Below, in pieces: positions 26,558 to 39,900 of a stretch of DNA of 64,000 nt; position 1 is the stretch's first letter; every line of letters starts with the position of its first letter. The DNA is from Marsupella aquatica (lineage: Eukaryota; Plantae; Marchantiophyta). The DNA lies in NCBI GenBank assembly GCA_973895155.1, contig OZ316894.1, forward strand, positions 5,996,368-6,060,367, read 5' to 3'. A program made the position numbers and the translations under genes. The notes beneath the pieces were generated by a model that saw only the letters and a program-made list of their open reading frames with translations, was not told where the DNA came from and made no database searches.

Positions 26558-28049
26558 CTAATGCAAATCGACCCCTTCTTCTTCAGTTGTCGCAGTTGTA
26601 GCATTGGTCCGACAACTCGGTGCCTGATTTTGTGTATGCAAGCCAGGGATTGTGCCCTCATTCAGGCCAGGAATGACTTGCATCAAAGTCAGCATTTCCT
26701 GAGGTGTTCGGTTGGAACGGATGAGCTTGGTGAAGAGTGTTGCCGACTGTTGAGACCTCAACAAAGTCAATTGAATGTCCAGATCAATTCTAGCCCTCTT
26801 CTCCTCATGTTTTCTCTGCAGCCTATCCCTCTGTTTCCCTTCCTTTGCCAATAACTCTCGTGCTTCCCTTCTGTCAGCCAGTTCTTGACTCTTCCATTTA
26901 TCTTTAGTTTCAATGAGTTGTTGTCGAAAGACATTTTTCTCAGCCAGCTTTTCCATGTAAACTTCTGCCAAATTCGGTCGGGACGTAGCCTGTGAAGGAC
27001 CCTGCTTCCTTACATTCCTCCTATTGTGATTTGATCTGTCGGCAGTGGGATTACTTGGCGGAGCAGTGGGGGCTCGTGAAGCCTGCCATCTTGGGTGTAA
27101 CAAAAAGTGGGATCTCCAAAAGCAGTTGGGTCTGCTTCCGACCTTACCCCTAGAACATCGTTTGGTTCTGACTGTGTGGTGTTCGGCTCCGTCTGTGGAC
27201 TATCATTGGAAGTCGGCTGGAATTCAAATTGTGAGTCTCCACCCTCTTCGCAAAAATATGTGGGACACATGATAAGTCATTACCTCGTTCCAATGAGAGC
27301 ACAGAGTATATATGCATCATGTAAACATCATGTAAACGGTCTGCGGATCCCTCACACATACCTGGTGCCACCGAGTCCTGGTCCGCAGCTCCGTCATAGT
27401 CCTCTTGATCTTCATCCTCAGATCCTACATCCACAAACAGCTCGGGCAGTCCAGGCAATCCAACAGACGCTGTGGCAGGAGGAGCCACATTTGCCCTCTC
27501 TCCATACAGCGCATGCATTCTCTGGAAGTGAGGGCAGATCTTGTCTAGTTTGTCCTCCATCGTCATTCCTGCCCGAAGCTCCGCCATTGATAACCCAGCT
27601 CCAGAATCATTCTTCATGGCCAGAGCCTCCTTGTATTTCTTAACGTAGCGTTGGAACCTTTTTCCCAAATTGTCTCCCGTGGCTACAAATTTTGGGAAAC
27701 CATTCGAATGGAGATGAACCAGCATGAGCTTGAACACAGTTTTCTTGGAAGGGTGCCTTGTCCCCACAGGAACCCTACGAGATGATCCATTGAGCATTGC
27801 AAAATTGTCTGCATCTTCAAGCTAGTCCACGATCTTACCCAAGTCAGTAGCCGTGAGCTTCCGATTGACATCGCTTCCAGCAAAAGGATGGGAGTTGGAG
27901 GCAACCATGTCTGTTGCGTGTTGATTCACCTGAGAGTCTACGACTACTGGATCCAAAGGCACTCCCAATCCAGACAAGTCTGAAAATCTAACAACAGAAC
28001 CCCACATCGAATTAGCCATATCTCCTCTTTCATTGCCCGACTTCAACAT
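26558..28049 (-). pseudogene. Harbinger Myb/SANT-like DNA-binding protein (ORF1), disrupted
   Basis: IVD*LEDADNF (TAG at 27824-27822, likely from TGG), KKTVFKLM..GKRFQRYVKKYKEA..SGAG..LDKICPHFQRMHALYGERANV, an acidic linker, an intron donor at 27361, an apparent frameshift near 27105 and a coiled-coil C-terminus. This is typical Harbinger ORF1 architecture. Confidence 0.82.
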
Positions 28050-29849
28050 GGAAAATTAGGAAAGCTCAAACTCTCATATCATACAGGGGGGAAGGTTGAA
28101 TTTTGAAATGTCGCGCAATTGCACCAGAACCAGACAAGATGTTGCAAACTAAAGTCGGTGCAGGGGTTCAAACGGAATGGGGCGAGCTTTCGTTAACCGC
28201 AAATAAAACAAACTTTAGGGCGGGCCGCGGCTCCTGTCAAACGTCCCCCCCTAGTTTCCACCAGCCCAAAAAGTGGGTCCCAGCCGGTGTTACGGGCGCA
28301 AATATTTGCGGTCATGTGCCCGCGGCCATCCACGAGGACTTAATGTTCTTGAACCATGACTAGTGGTATGAAGTACTCCGCCAAGCGAAGTGAACATACC
28401 TAACAGTATTGGGTCTGCATATTGTCGCATGTTGCAGCATCACCTAGTACACTCCATAATTTGGTCCAATCTACCACTCACCAAGCGTAGATCTTGATGA
28501 GATATTTGGCTGGGAAAAATCTGCATTAGAAAATGATGAATATTTAGTTAACAGCAAACAAACAAAAATTGTTGCGATCTCATGAGTTGGTAGCATTGTT
28601 TCAAATATTCAAATCATTCTGGCAGGTTTGGGTGGGCCGAGGATAGTACTAGGGACAGGCAAAGGTTGAATATAGAAAAGCATAATTATGGAGCCCAGCT
28701 CGAGGGTTACTTCCACGAAAGTGATATAATATCAAATGCGACAAAGTATAGGACCATTTCAATGGTTTTTACATAAAACTTATTACGGACCCCACTAGAG
28801 GTCCCTTCCAAAATTCCTGGCATCATAGCGTGCCACATCATCAACAACCGCAACAAACAAGACTCGTCAGTTTTGTGAATCAAACTTATAGTTTTCATTC
28901 GTGTTTGTGTCAATTTGGGGGTAAATTTTGGGACGCCGTGCCGTAAAAAGAAAAGTAAAAACATTGGAAATGCAAAGAGCAAGACGGTTAAAACTGTCAC
29001 TATGTAATCGTTTTAGTTACATTTCCAATTTTAAAATTTAAATTCAAAGATTTATAAAAAGTATTTTTCATATAATAAATAATAACTAATAACTAACTTG
29101 ATAACTTCCTTGTTAAACTACAACTCCCGGTATGTAAGGACCTCTCGTATTGTACGGCCATTATTGTTGGGAAGAGCACATAGAAACCTAGGATTGGGGA
29201 AGAGGAATGGCTGGAATCCTCAAAGTTCATCAAATTTTATACTCAAAACTGTTTACTCATTCTCAAAACATTTTATACTCAAAACTATTTACTCATTCTC
29301 AAAAAACAATTTACCCAGTCGTAGATCTCATTGAGATCTTTCTTTTGCACCCTAGATCGCCTTCTAACATGGATGAATAAGATTTCTAGAGGCATTACAA
29401 AATGGACGGCAAAGATCGTAAAATCAACAAAATTGATGGCTAGGAAGGCTTGGATTTTTTTAATTTTTCATTTGAAAAATATTAACCCATTTGCAAAACA
29501 GACAGAACCCATCCATAGATCTATTTGAGATCTTTCTTTTGAGCCATAGATTGGCCATTATGATGGACAGACGAGATTTCTGGAGATAAGAAATGGATAC
29601 GGCTCAGATCGACTCTTCCCCCTGATTTTATTAGCCAAGGGGTCCACGAACTAATTAAATTGTCAATGGAAATATGGGGTTGTTTAATTACACCCCATTT
29701 TCAAGCCTTTGCATCAGGTGTATGGCCCTCCATCTGGTGAACCCCCACAAGGGGCAAAGCTCTTGATTATAATAAAATGCATGGAGTCCAATAAACAAAA
29801 AAAACTATAGTACTTGTCCTTGTGGTAAGAACACTTTGATAGGGATGCT

Positions 29850-30290
29850 AAGTGTTGTGTTCAAATCTGGAGTGAAGCTTGAAGTGAAGTTTTGAAATTC
29901 AAAAATTCTCATGGTCTCTAGTATGACCTATCTACTATATAGTACTAGTTAGGCTTTAGCAAACTAATATAGCACTCATCTCGGGACTCATCTGAGTTCC
30001 AGGCTCACATTTGAGTTCCAGGATCACATTTGAGAGTTAGGTCCTCTATGTAAACAAGCTGAAGGGTGAGAGAGATGAGGTCATAGTGGAGCTTGTGGAC
30101 CTAGGCTATGGGAGGGCTATAGTGGATGTATTGTTATGTTCAGATTGATTCTTCTCTCAAGGTCGTGGACGTACTAGCCTAGACAGGGTGAACCACATAC
30201 TCTCTTTGTCACTGTTGGTTCGTCGTTGGATGCTTGTTCCTTTGCTGTCATGTTGTCTGATTAGATCCCAAAAACCCTTACCTTGTAAAC
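29850..30290 (+). mobile_element. Probable solo-LTR remnant (Copia-like)
   Basis: Contains gtggacgta..ggtgaaccacata, resembling the motif common in plant Copia LTRs. The same motif occurs reverse-complemented near 52145-52175. Ends are approximate. Confidence 0.4.
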
Positions 30291-31889
30291 AACCAGTCTA
30301 AAGTGCTTGTGTGAACATCTCTTCAAAGTAGTTGGCTAATCAATTACAAACCAAACCTCCAACTTAATCCATAATTCATTGGCCTAAGATGCTACTTACT
30401 TTCTCTACTAGTTTACACCTCTTCTTGGGGATCTTACTCTTTGGAGACCCCCCATCACCTGCAACGTGTTTAGGCCAAAAGTTTTCTGATTTTTGCCATA
30501 CTCTAGTCTTTGCCCATATTCTCCCTTTGCTTGTCGTTAGAACATAAGACTCGCTCAGAACTTGTTCATGACTGTGAACCTTTGGTAGAATTCCTCTCCA
30601 AAATGGCCAAATAACTGAGTGCCACCTACCCTATTCCCATCCTTGGTAAATCCCTGAAACAAGCTTAATAAAAAAAACATACATGAGCCTTCCTCTGCTT
30701 GTTGACACCAATGGTTGTGCCTTCTCCTACCTGGGCTGATGTCCAATTGGTTGAATGACTTTCTGGACTCCGAGATGAAACTCCCAAGGCACCCCTGGGC
30801 CCTCACTCCTTGTATATTATACAATCATACCTGTGAGCCTCCCCTACACACGTACCCCTTCTTATTAATTTTTCTCCTATAGAGATTATCCTTGTTTTTT
30901 ATAAAAAACCAAACATTTACTCTTATTAAAATATCTTCAATGTATTACAAAAGTGAATTTTGAGCAATAATAATTATTCTTCATATATTACAATTTGTAT
31001 TGAGCGATAATGCTTAACGCTGTTGGGTATGCTGCAATCTTTATATATGTAATCGAGTATGTAATTGGAGAGTTTTTTTGAAGACCAAGTTACCACTGGT
31101 CATGTATGTATATAACCGCTCTATAAAGGAGATGAAAATGGTAAGTCTTTATAAATCTAAAGACTGATATTGAATCAACTATTGAATCAGCTAACCCCGC
31201 AGCTAACCTAAGACAATACAAACCTAAGACTCCTGCCCACTGTCATGCCTTCCAATGCTGGTCTGCTTCATAAGTGAATAGTCACTTATGTGTACAGGCC
31301 ATTCTGCTTGCCAAAAAATATGATTGTAAAAAATGGGAAGGGACAATTGCAGGCAAATCATATGATTTTCGAACAGAGATCACACTCCATAGCCCCTCCA
31401 CACTTGCCTCTACTTCAGGAATCACAACATCTATGATTCCTAAACCACAACCTCCAGAACTCTCTTTAGCTATCTCCTTGTTGCTCCACTCTTCTTTGCT
31501 GTAATCAGGGCTGCCTTTCCCCTGTGCCTTCCTTGACTTTGGAACTCTGGAATAAACCACAACAGCTGCTGCAGTTGTCAGACCTCCAGTACCGGGTCTG
31601 CTTCTCCTCCTACTCAGTCTAGAGCGTTTCTTCATCACTATTGTCCCCACCTTAGTCATCTCGAAGTCTCCAATACACCTGATCCACAAATGGACCAACA
31701 CCATGAATGAGTATTATATTGAATACAACCAGATCTACAAGGTTTACAGATAACATATCAGAATACGCTTAGGATGTTTTCAAATCTTAACTTGCTACCT
31801 TCGCTCCTCTGGAGAATGTGTTACCCCGGTGTGTAATTGATGAATGATAAACATCAGGCATGGAGTGTACCTGCCCCAAATACAGGTCA

Positions 31890-34800
31890 TCATTCTATGT
31901 TGTTCTTTACAAAATTGTCGAGGGCAGTCACATCATCTGGAGGCAACTTAAAAATAGTTGGATAGAGAGGATCCACTGTAAAACTCACAGTTGATATGAC
32001 ACAGTCCAAGTCAATGGTCTATGGATCACACATATTATAAGCAAATTTGTTCCTACTAGACCCAACCGGTGTAAACCAATTGAACACTACTTGACATGCA
32101 GCTTCGGAACCAGGTCTATCAAGTAGATCCAAAGGTTCTCTAGATCTGCAAACACTGTTACCATACTTTCGGTGGATGCTTTGCACCCTGCCAATCCACC
32201 AAACATACTTTGGCCCAGATGCAGAACACACTGCTACCGGATCTCCTCTTGGCTTCTTTGGATTGGTCACATTTTGTTTTGATTTCCTTCCACCTACTTT
32301 CCCTTTGGATGCTTTTGCTACGGCCTCTGAGTTTCGAGTTGCCCTGACCTCATGTTGTGTTTCATCAAGGAAGAAAACACCACAGTCAGTGCCCACTGTC
32401 ATGAACATAGTTGGTACACCCTCTCTATAGTTGGGTTTGTCCACTAAATTATTGAAGTACACACTCTGTTTCACACGAGTCAATCGGTCCTTACTCAAGT
32501 GGGGGTTTCCAATCAGCTGGCTAACCAATGTACTTTTGTAGATCTGTCGCTCTTGAAAACACACAGTTGGCTTCACTTGCTTAATTGGTGCACCATACAA
32601 CAAGTCTGAATGCATGATATTCATTGTTGCAGACAATTCGGAGGCAGCTTCCTCTACATGAGCGTCTACGTAACGGACAGACATCCCAGGGAAGGAACTC
32701 TCAGTCTCAGTCTCAGCGCCAGCTACAATCCCCAGGGTGGTAACAATAGGTGAAGCTTCCAAAATCATTGTATCAATCTCAATGACAGTTTGAGGTTGGG
32801 CTTCACCATTCAAAGTAGGTCGCACATCTCGAATGTCCAAAGTATCTCGTACATCTACAAGTGTATCCACATTGATGTCACACCATCCACCAGACTTCAC
32901 CCCTTTTGACTCAACTTTCCACAGTGAGTTCCACCATAGCTTATCCTTGCAAGATGTTGAAGGATTCATTTCCAACTCAGTTGCAGCACATTGTGCCAAA
33001 CTTAATCCCTCTTGCAATGCAACCACGATTGCTGCATTTGTCTCTATCCCTATATAATCTGTCTGATCTGGACAGACATGAACTGCCTCTGAATCTAATT
33101 GAAGATCCATCCAAATGTTCGAATGCTTTTTGTGGCTCTTTCCAGCACCCATCAATCCCTCTGATACATCCATTGCAGCCAATCTGTTAAGATTAGTGGC
33201 ACACTCCACTAATTCTGACAAGTCATAGCTTCGCTCACGACCGTTCATGCCCCCTACTTTTGAGAAGAATTGCTCACACGCATCTGAGCCAGTCAACTCT
33301 AGAGGCACTGGAAGATGCTTGAAGTGGTCTCGGAATTGGATTATCAACACAACTATAAAATGGACTGACATTTGAACATCAAGAAAGGTTTGCATAGGGA
33401 TACAGTTCCGCATGAAAGTAATTGGTTGTGTATTCCCCCCTACAGTATGGTTCCCATGGAAGCACCATAGGCGCCACAGTCTGAAGAAGAAACCCACCTT
33501 CCCACAAAGTACAACCCTCTCCCGTAGAGTGAGCCGAGGGTTCATGAATATATCCAGATAATCTCCACATATACGAACAAACACCTCAGTTCCAAGTGCG
33601 AGCTCCACCCTTGCATCCTTCCGCAGACGCAACATCCTCAGCGTAGAACCCGCCTTACGACTACAAATCCTTTGTGCACTAGCCCAATTTTGCCTATCAT
33701 TTTGTGTTACATCATCATGGTTCAGCCCATGAAGGTCATGGTCATATAAACCTAACAGGAGTCTCAGATGACTCAGGTTGGCCACTTGAGTCCCCAGTTT
33801 CAATATCCGAGCTGAAGAATCCAATGGGTTCACTAACTTCTTCCCATTGTGGATATAGTCTTGGTCATGTAGCCCAACAGCGTGGGTCAATGGCCCATCA
33901 CCTGTCATAGAGTGGCTCAATTTCCAGCCTTCCCACCCAAGGCTAAATCTTGGCCCTGCCTTCCGACAGCCAGTATAGTCCTCCAACATTAACTTCCTCC
34001 TGCGTGCATCACCGTCACTTGCATGGCCGAGTAAAGGCCCCACACTCTCCAGACAATGAGTGTTCCACAATGACTCCAGGATATCCCACTGCTCTCTAAC
34101 CCAAGGAGCTTTAAATCTATTACATGTACCTGTAGCTAGTATAAGCAACCGTGGGAATCCCTCTGCAAGGGGATTGACTACTATACAACGAGCCATCTGC
34201 CCTACCACATTGTTGTCAAAAGCATCAACGATGATGTGGAAGCCAAGTTCTCCTTCGCCCACTTCTATCTCCCACCCAACAAGGCATACATGCTCTGTTT
34301 GGGTGCCGCAAAACCCAATCATGGTGTCATGTTTTGGCAGCCACCTGCAAGAAACCAAAACTGAGTTCTTGGTTTCCAGATGGAGCCTACATAATAGTTG
34401 AAACAGAGATAAAGGTGAAACTAGGATCCAACACCATGACATGACTAACATCATGCGTGAGGGCCTGAAGTACAACATCATGCATGAGGGCCTAAAGAAA
34501 GTACCTTATTGTTTTTTTGACAGTGGTCTCATCTTCTGCCAAATAACAGGAACTGGCCCTTTGATGTTGAGTCTCACTTTCAGTTTGGAGTACACTTGAG
34601 AGACAAACATAAATTGTTCAGCATGGATTCCTGCTCGGAATACTGCCATCCCTCTTCTGTCCCGTTGAAGGGTGTTTATGCTTGGCCCTATCCCATTACT
34701 TGCAAGGCAGTCAACAACACGTCGACCACCATGCAAGAAGAGTGTTTGGCAGAGGAGCTTTGTTCCAGCCTTGAACCTATATCCCTCCTTTGTCGTATTC

Positions 34801-36638
34801 AAGTTTGAAGCTATATCAGATAACATATCCCACAATGCACCTCTCCCACCAAATGCACCCTTCCTGTGCGCAAGGACTATGGACTGACAAAACTTAAGGA
34901 TAGATTCCTTATTGGGGCCTTGATAGTCAAGACAAACTTCCTTTATACTAGGGATCCGAGACTTCAGCATCAACAGTTTGTGACTTAGATATTTCTGCAA
35001 CTTCCTCTCTCTCAAAATTCGGTTTCTGTATACTTTAGCTTGGTTTTGGACCTCAGGAATTGTGAGGCAACCTAGCCGCCTGCCCTTGCTAGTCCCTCTC
35101 TCTCCTCTTTTCTCATAGGCCTTGACCTCTCTTGCTACCCGAAGTCTGAAGTCCTTCATGTTCTTAATGGAATAACACTTGGAACACGTCAAATCATCAA
35201 ACCCGCCCCCCAACTGTGACATTCGACTACATTCTTTATGCCTGAAAAGGCCCTTGATCTCACAAGCTTCTTCACTATACATACAGAACACCTCTGCCAT
35301 TACTAGGGGCTCTGCATACCACGCACCACCCACTTTCACCTGGTCGTGTAGGTGACTTTTGATAGGCCTAAGTTCTTACCCTACTTCTATCTCATCCCGC
35401 CACAGACCCCAACACAACAATGACAAATTATCGAAAGTACCTCTATCATCATCTCGTGCTGACATCCTTGACGAGCTGCTTGATGCACCTGCAGTCGAGG
35501 TGCGAGTCAAGAACCCCTCAATTTTTCTCTGTTTCTTATCCCTCCCGTCCACAGTACGGGGTCTGCCAGGGCGCCCTGACAAAACTGGCTCGTTTCTTGT
35601 AGGCCTCTGACTTTTGGCCACATAATCAAGATGGATCAAGCCAGTACAATGGCTTGTCAGATTAGCCTCCAAGTTTCGTTGTTTGGGTACCAAAGTCAAA
35701 TGGTGAAGACAAAAATTGCAGAACAGTTTCAAAGTCTGGAACTCCACTGGTTCCTTATGGACATCCCCCTCGACTATAAACGTCTTGCGACCAACTGTCT
35801 GCAACTCGTTGACCTTTGCTACAATCTTCAAATGCTCGTCAAGTATGGCTCTATCAGTCAAAGTATTTGACTGCGCCCTCCTTGCAATCTCCACATGCCC
35901 AACTTTCTCACCCCTGTTCCTAGCCACCCGAGCTGCATGCTTTGATGATCGCAAATGCGAATTTTTGAAGTTGGTAAATGCATTATTGATGGATGATTTA
36001 TCCATCAATGTACCTTTTGCTAGCCCTTCCACCCACTTGTCACACTCACAACACTCGATATGCCCCCAGGGCATGTTGTCTTTGTCCCAAGTTCTCACTT
36101 TCCACTTGTGGTCAGCACATTTAATGGATTCCATGTGAGTCTTCAACTTATCCGCAGATGCTTCCCATACTGCCTTTAAAGTATTGCTCATAAGAGTGGA
36201 CATGAATGTGACTTGTTGTTCAGGCTCTGGCAAGGGGCAACCAGAGTGTGGATCAGCTTCCACTGGAGGCTCCTCATTCATGGGAAAATCGGCATGATCA
36301 CTCTCTGGCAATGAAAGGCCATTGGAAGCATTGCTACTCCCGAGGGCTTGCCCTGCGCCTCCAGGGTCTACGTGCACCAATGGAGTTGGAGGCTCCAAGG
36401 CATTTTTGGGAATGATAACAATCTTTCCCCCACAATCCTCCAAAAGATTGCAGATCTCCCATTTCTCCGGCATCCGAGTGGCGAGATTGACATCAATAAA
36501 GTGGAAGTCAAAATCGAGTAGTGCCTCCAACTTCAGTCGGGCATCAGCATACGATTCCCCTGCTTTGTAACTATATGACGATATAGGTTTCCTTTCCCCA
36601 CCTTCTTTGTCTACTTGAAACAAAGTGGCAGGCGACAT
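31890..36638 (-). pseudogene. Very large P-element/THAP9-type DDE transposase (~1500 aa when repaired)
   Basis: ORFs 35376-36668, 34506-35339 and 32019-34481 join through an in-frame TAA (35378-35376), a 1 nt deletion near 34542, intron 34504-34345 and an in-frame TAG (32021-32019), with the final TGA at 31892-31890. Repaired motifs: PVILAEDET..WLPKHDTMIGF, GHASDGD, DQDYIHNGKKLVN, DRQNWASAQRI and GSDACEQFFS, in the same order as the P-type DE / SD / DxxH / DKM / D..E.FF motifs. Confidence 0.85.
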
Positions 36639-36914
36639 TCTCTCACCCTTTACTGACAACCTATCCACCTCTCATGGGCCTGCGCACAGTCCACATGACA
36701 AAGGGAGCATCAACATAGGGATTGCTCAAAATAGGATAGGTTCATTTCATTCTAACCACATATTCACCTAAAATGCAACTTTCTTGGGTGGCATGGCGCA
36801 ACACCACACAATGTGGACATCATGTGCACCAATTCTTCTATCAGAGACAGGTTACACAGATGTTAGGCAGATTGATGATTGTTGGCCAATGCGGGAAACA
36901 AGCAACCTGGCCTA

Positions 36915-39900
36915 TTAGAATGGGCCAACATCCAAAGGAAGTCTATGGAGGGCCTGCGTGCGACAGGTATTAATCTGATAGTTTAAACAAACCGCCCCAA
37001 TTCTCATTTCAACTCGATCAGTGGCAAGTGGATCCCTGAGCTCATTGATAACATCTTGGATGTCATCAAGAAGGAAGTGGTACTCATTCAAGCCACACGG
37101 AAAAATGAATATGGCTTTCGCCCGAGCAACAATGAGACTGTAGAATGTGATCCAGCCTTTTGACCTTTGCCGAAAGGCCTCCAAAGCCATGCCAATTGCA
37201 TTCTGCTGACTACGTATAAGATAGGCTGGATCTTTACCGTTGCTTGTTGAAGGCAATGGAATTGTGTGAGAGAGATAGAAAGGAGGACAGAAATTCATGA
37301 TATCAAGGCAAAGTAGGCTACCAAGATTGGTTATAAGGCAATATTAAGCAACCCACACGTGGAGACCGCATCCACTGGACCAATCCCACGAGAGCCTTGC
37401 CCCATCCCGACCATTTCTCGTTAGGATTGGCTGGTTACAGATCCATTGCTGCTTTCTCCGACATGTGTCGGGTGGGAAGGGCGTACCCTTTGCATGCAAG
37501 GACTCCAGATTCAGCGTAAGCACAAGAGGGACAGGGATCTGCACATGGCCATTTCAGCTTGCCCAAGTTTAGCTTGTCCCAATTCAGCTTGTCCCATATG
37601 TGCTTGGTCCATGTATAGTCGGGGCCAGGCCCACACTCCAATCCTTCTCCTCCACAGTTGTGAGGGCCACAACAGACTATACATGACTTAAGGGGCTGAC
37701 AGCAATGACAAGTGACAACCATGGACACAATAATGACAGGCTCTAATCACACACTCCCCCAGGCAACCTGCTTCGAAATTACAAGGAGCGTTGGACTGCC
37801 AGCGGCTAAATCCAGCAGTCGCCAATGGGGGCATGACTTCCCCATGGTCTCCTTGAACTCGATGGGCCCTGCAAATTAAACGAGCCCTACATGTACAAAA
37901 AAATGACAAAACTGAAATGACATCTTACCTGAGCAAGATACAAAGCCCTGTGCATTAGCAACTTTAAAACATATGAACTATATAAGAAGCGGTAAATAAT
38001 GGAGCACAATTGAAAGAACCACAAAGTCCAGAATATGTACATACCTTGGACTAGAGTTTTTGGACCTCTGATAGAATGGTCCGCCAAGTAATGCAGCTTG
38101 AGGGGGCCGGGCCGGTAGCAGTTGCGTTGGGCACAAGCTGGTATGTTGCATGATAATGTTCAAACGTTAGCTCAGACGTTTCAAAAAACCAATGATGCAG
38201 GGGTCACCACACACAGCAACATTTTGTTTTGAACACGATGGCAAAAAGGAAATGACTACCTTCCTAGTTGAGGGATAGCAGTTGCCTTGTACCACACCTC
38301 CGTCAATACCCCTCCTTCAATACCAAACTCTCGTCCACTGGACATCACCGCTACCACAAGATCCATTTCCAAAAAGAGCGTTAGTTGACAGTCTTTGAAA
38401 GGCCACCAGCATATGTATGTGTTCGTGCCATGCCTTTGGGTCATATGGCAGAATAGTCATCATTGAATCCCTTAAAAGAAACTCAGACTGCCAGGGTCGA
38501 GGCTGACATACAAATACATAATATACTGATGATAGGTGATACAAAAATTAGTGTTGGCATCCGCTCATACACTCTTACAAAATGACCATTCAAGAGGTCA
38601 TGTGAACTGCTAACTTGGCTATCATCCCTGCACAAACTAATCTCCTGCGTAGACTAACAATCTGCGCAATTTAACCTCCCTATGCATGTACCTACTCGCC
38701 ATCTTGAAGCTCTACAAGGCCTAACACAAAAGGGTCCGTGTTCCAGAGCTGACACACTTTCCAGGCCCTCTTTTTTGCAAAAACCTCATTGTACTTAACG
38801 TCCGCGTCTGGATCTACATCACATGCTGGACACCGAGCATCCAAAGCATGTACACACCCTGCACCAACAGTGATCTGAACACCATTCATCGTCTGAGTGA
38901 ACATAATGGACTGTGGATCGACATACTTTTCCCACATGGTTTGGCGGGTCATACGGGATGGACGATTAGAACCAAACATAATGCCAATAGGCCAAGTCCC
39001 TCTCAACATGCCTAATGCCTTTAGCTTACGTCGCAACCTCACTGCTTTCTCATAGAGAAGGCCTACAGATTGGCTTCGGGTGGTTACCATTGTGTCTTTT
39101 GCACCGTTACCTCCGTAGAAGGCAAAGACAGAGGGTCTGAAAATCAAGCCTACCAAAGCTGGTCCACACGACAAATCCTCCTGCAACAACATCGTCCGGT
39201 GTGTCACTCACTGTACTATAAAAATGGACAAACTGAGCATCACAAATTGCAAACAGAGCGAATGTTTCAGGGATTTGGCTAACTTACTTGGCCTCTAGAA
39301 ATCGACAAAACTTCCCGCTCCCACAACTTCGTGTGGAGCTTTGGATTTGTTACATCAAAGCTCCTTGAGATCCACCTCTCCCCAACCTTGATGGTTCACC
39401 TAAAGTTTGCTGCAGAATTTTGGGCAATGGTAGCCATCCCAGATTAAAATTTGTTTATCAAACTCAACTGCACAAACTGCAAATGAATACCTTGCGGCCT
39501 TAACCCTTGACGCAATACAAGTGACCAAGGAAGTTCATTCCTGATTGGTGCGTACCTCAGTCTCCTTTGTCCACTGATCCTCTGGTAGTGACCCGGGTCC
39601 TCAAAGCTGAATCTTCCTCAAAGCTGAATCTTCCAACCTCCACTCTGCTCAACTAAGCCCGATGGATGATCACTGCAGCTGCTTACAAATGTCTGCGACC
39701 AAACCAGGAAAAGCGTTACTTACAGACCAACACCCTAGCCAGTGAAGGAGCTGCAAATGGAGTCCAAAAAGTGGTGGAAGATTAAGTATGAGAGCAGACC
39801 TAAGGCAATAGCAGAAGGCAAGTCAGAGCAGAATAAAATAAGACATAGGAAGCCGGGGAGGAATCAGAAGAGCGATGGCAAGCGCTTCAACCTAAGAACA

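Larger units (their letters stand above)
21770..28363. mobile_element. PIF/Harbinger DNA transposon carrying extra ORF(s); boundaries approximate
   Basis: Convergent DDE transposase (+) and Myb/SANT-like gene (-), the canonical Harbinger two-gene layout. GC/CpG-rich ends at ~21770-21940 and ~28200-28360 abut AT-rich flanks. No clean TIR pair could be matched by eye. Confidence 0.8.

Noticed and set aside
21762-28363. Exact TIR/TSD for the Harbinger element
   Set aside because: The candidate ends share only short words (tagtca, aacatt, tttgcgcccg). No convincing TIR pair was found, so the boundaries are left approximate.
35340-35378. Tiny intron removing the TAA in the P-like transposase (gg|gtaag ... 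cag|gtg)
   Set aside because: It would be under 40 nt, and the flanking ORFs are already in frame with plausible residues (ELRPIKSHLHDQ). A nonsense mutation is more likely, though the intron is not excluded.
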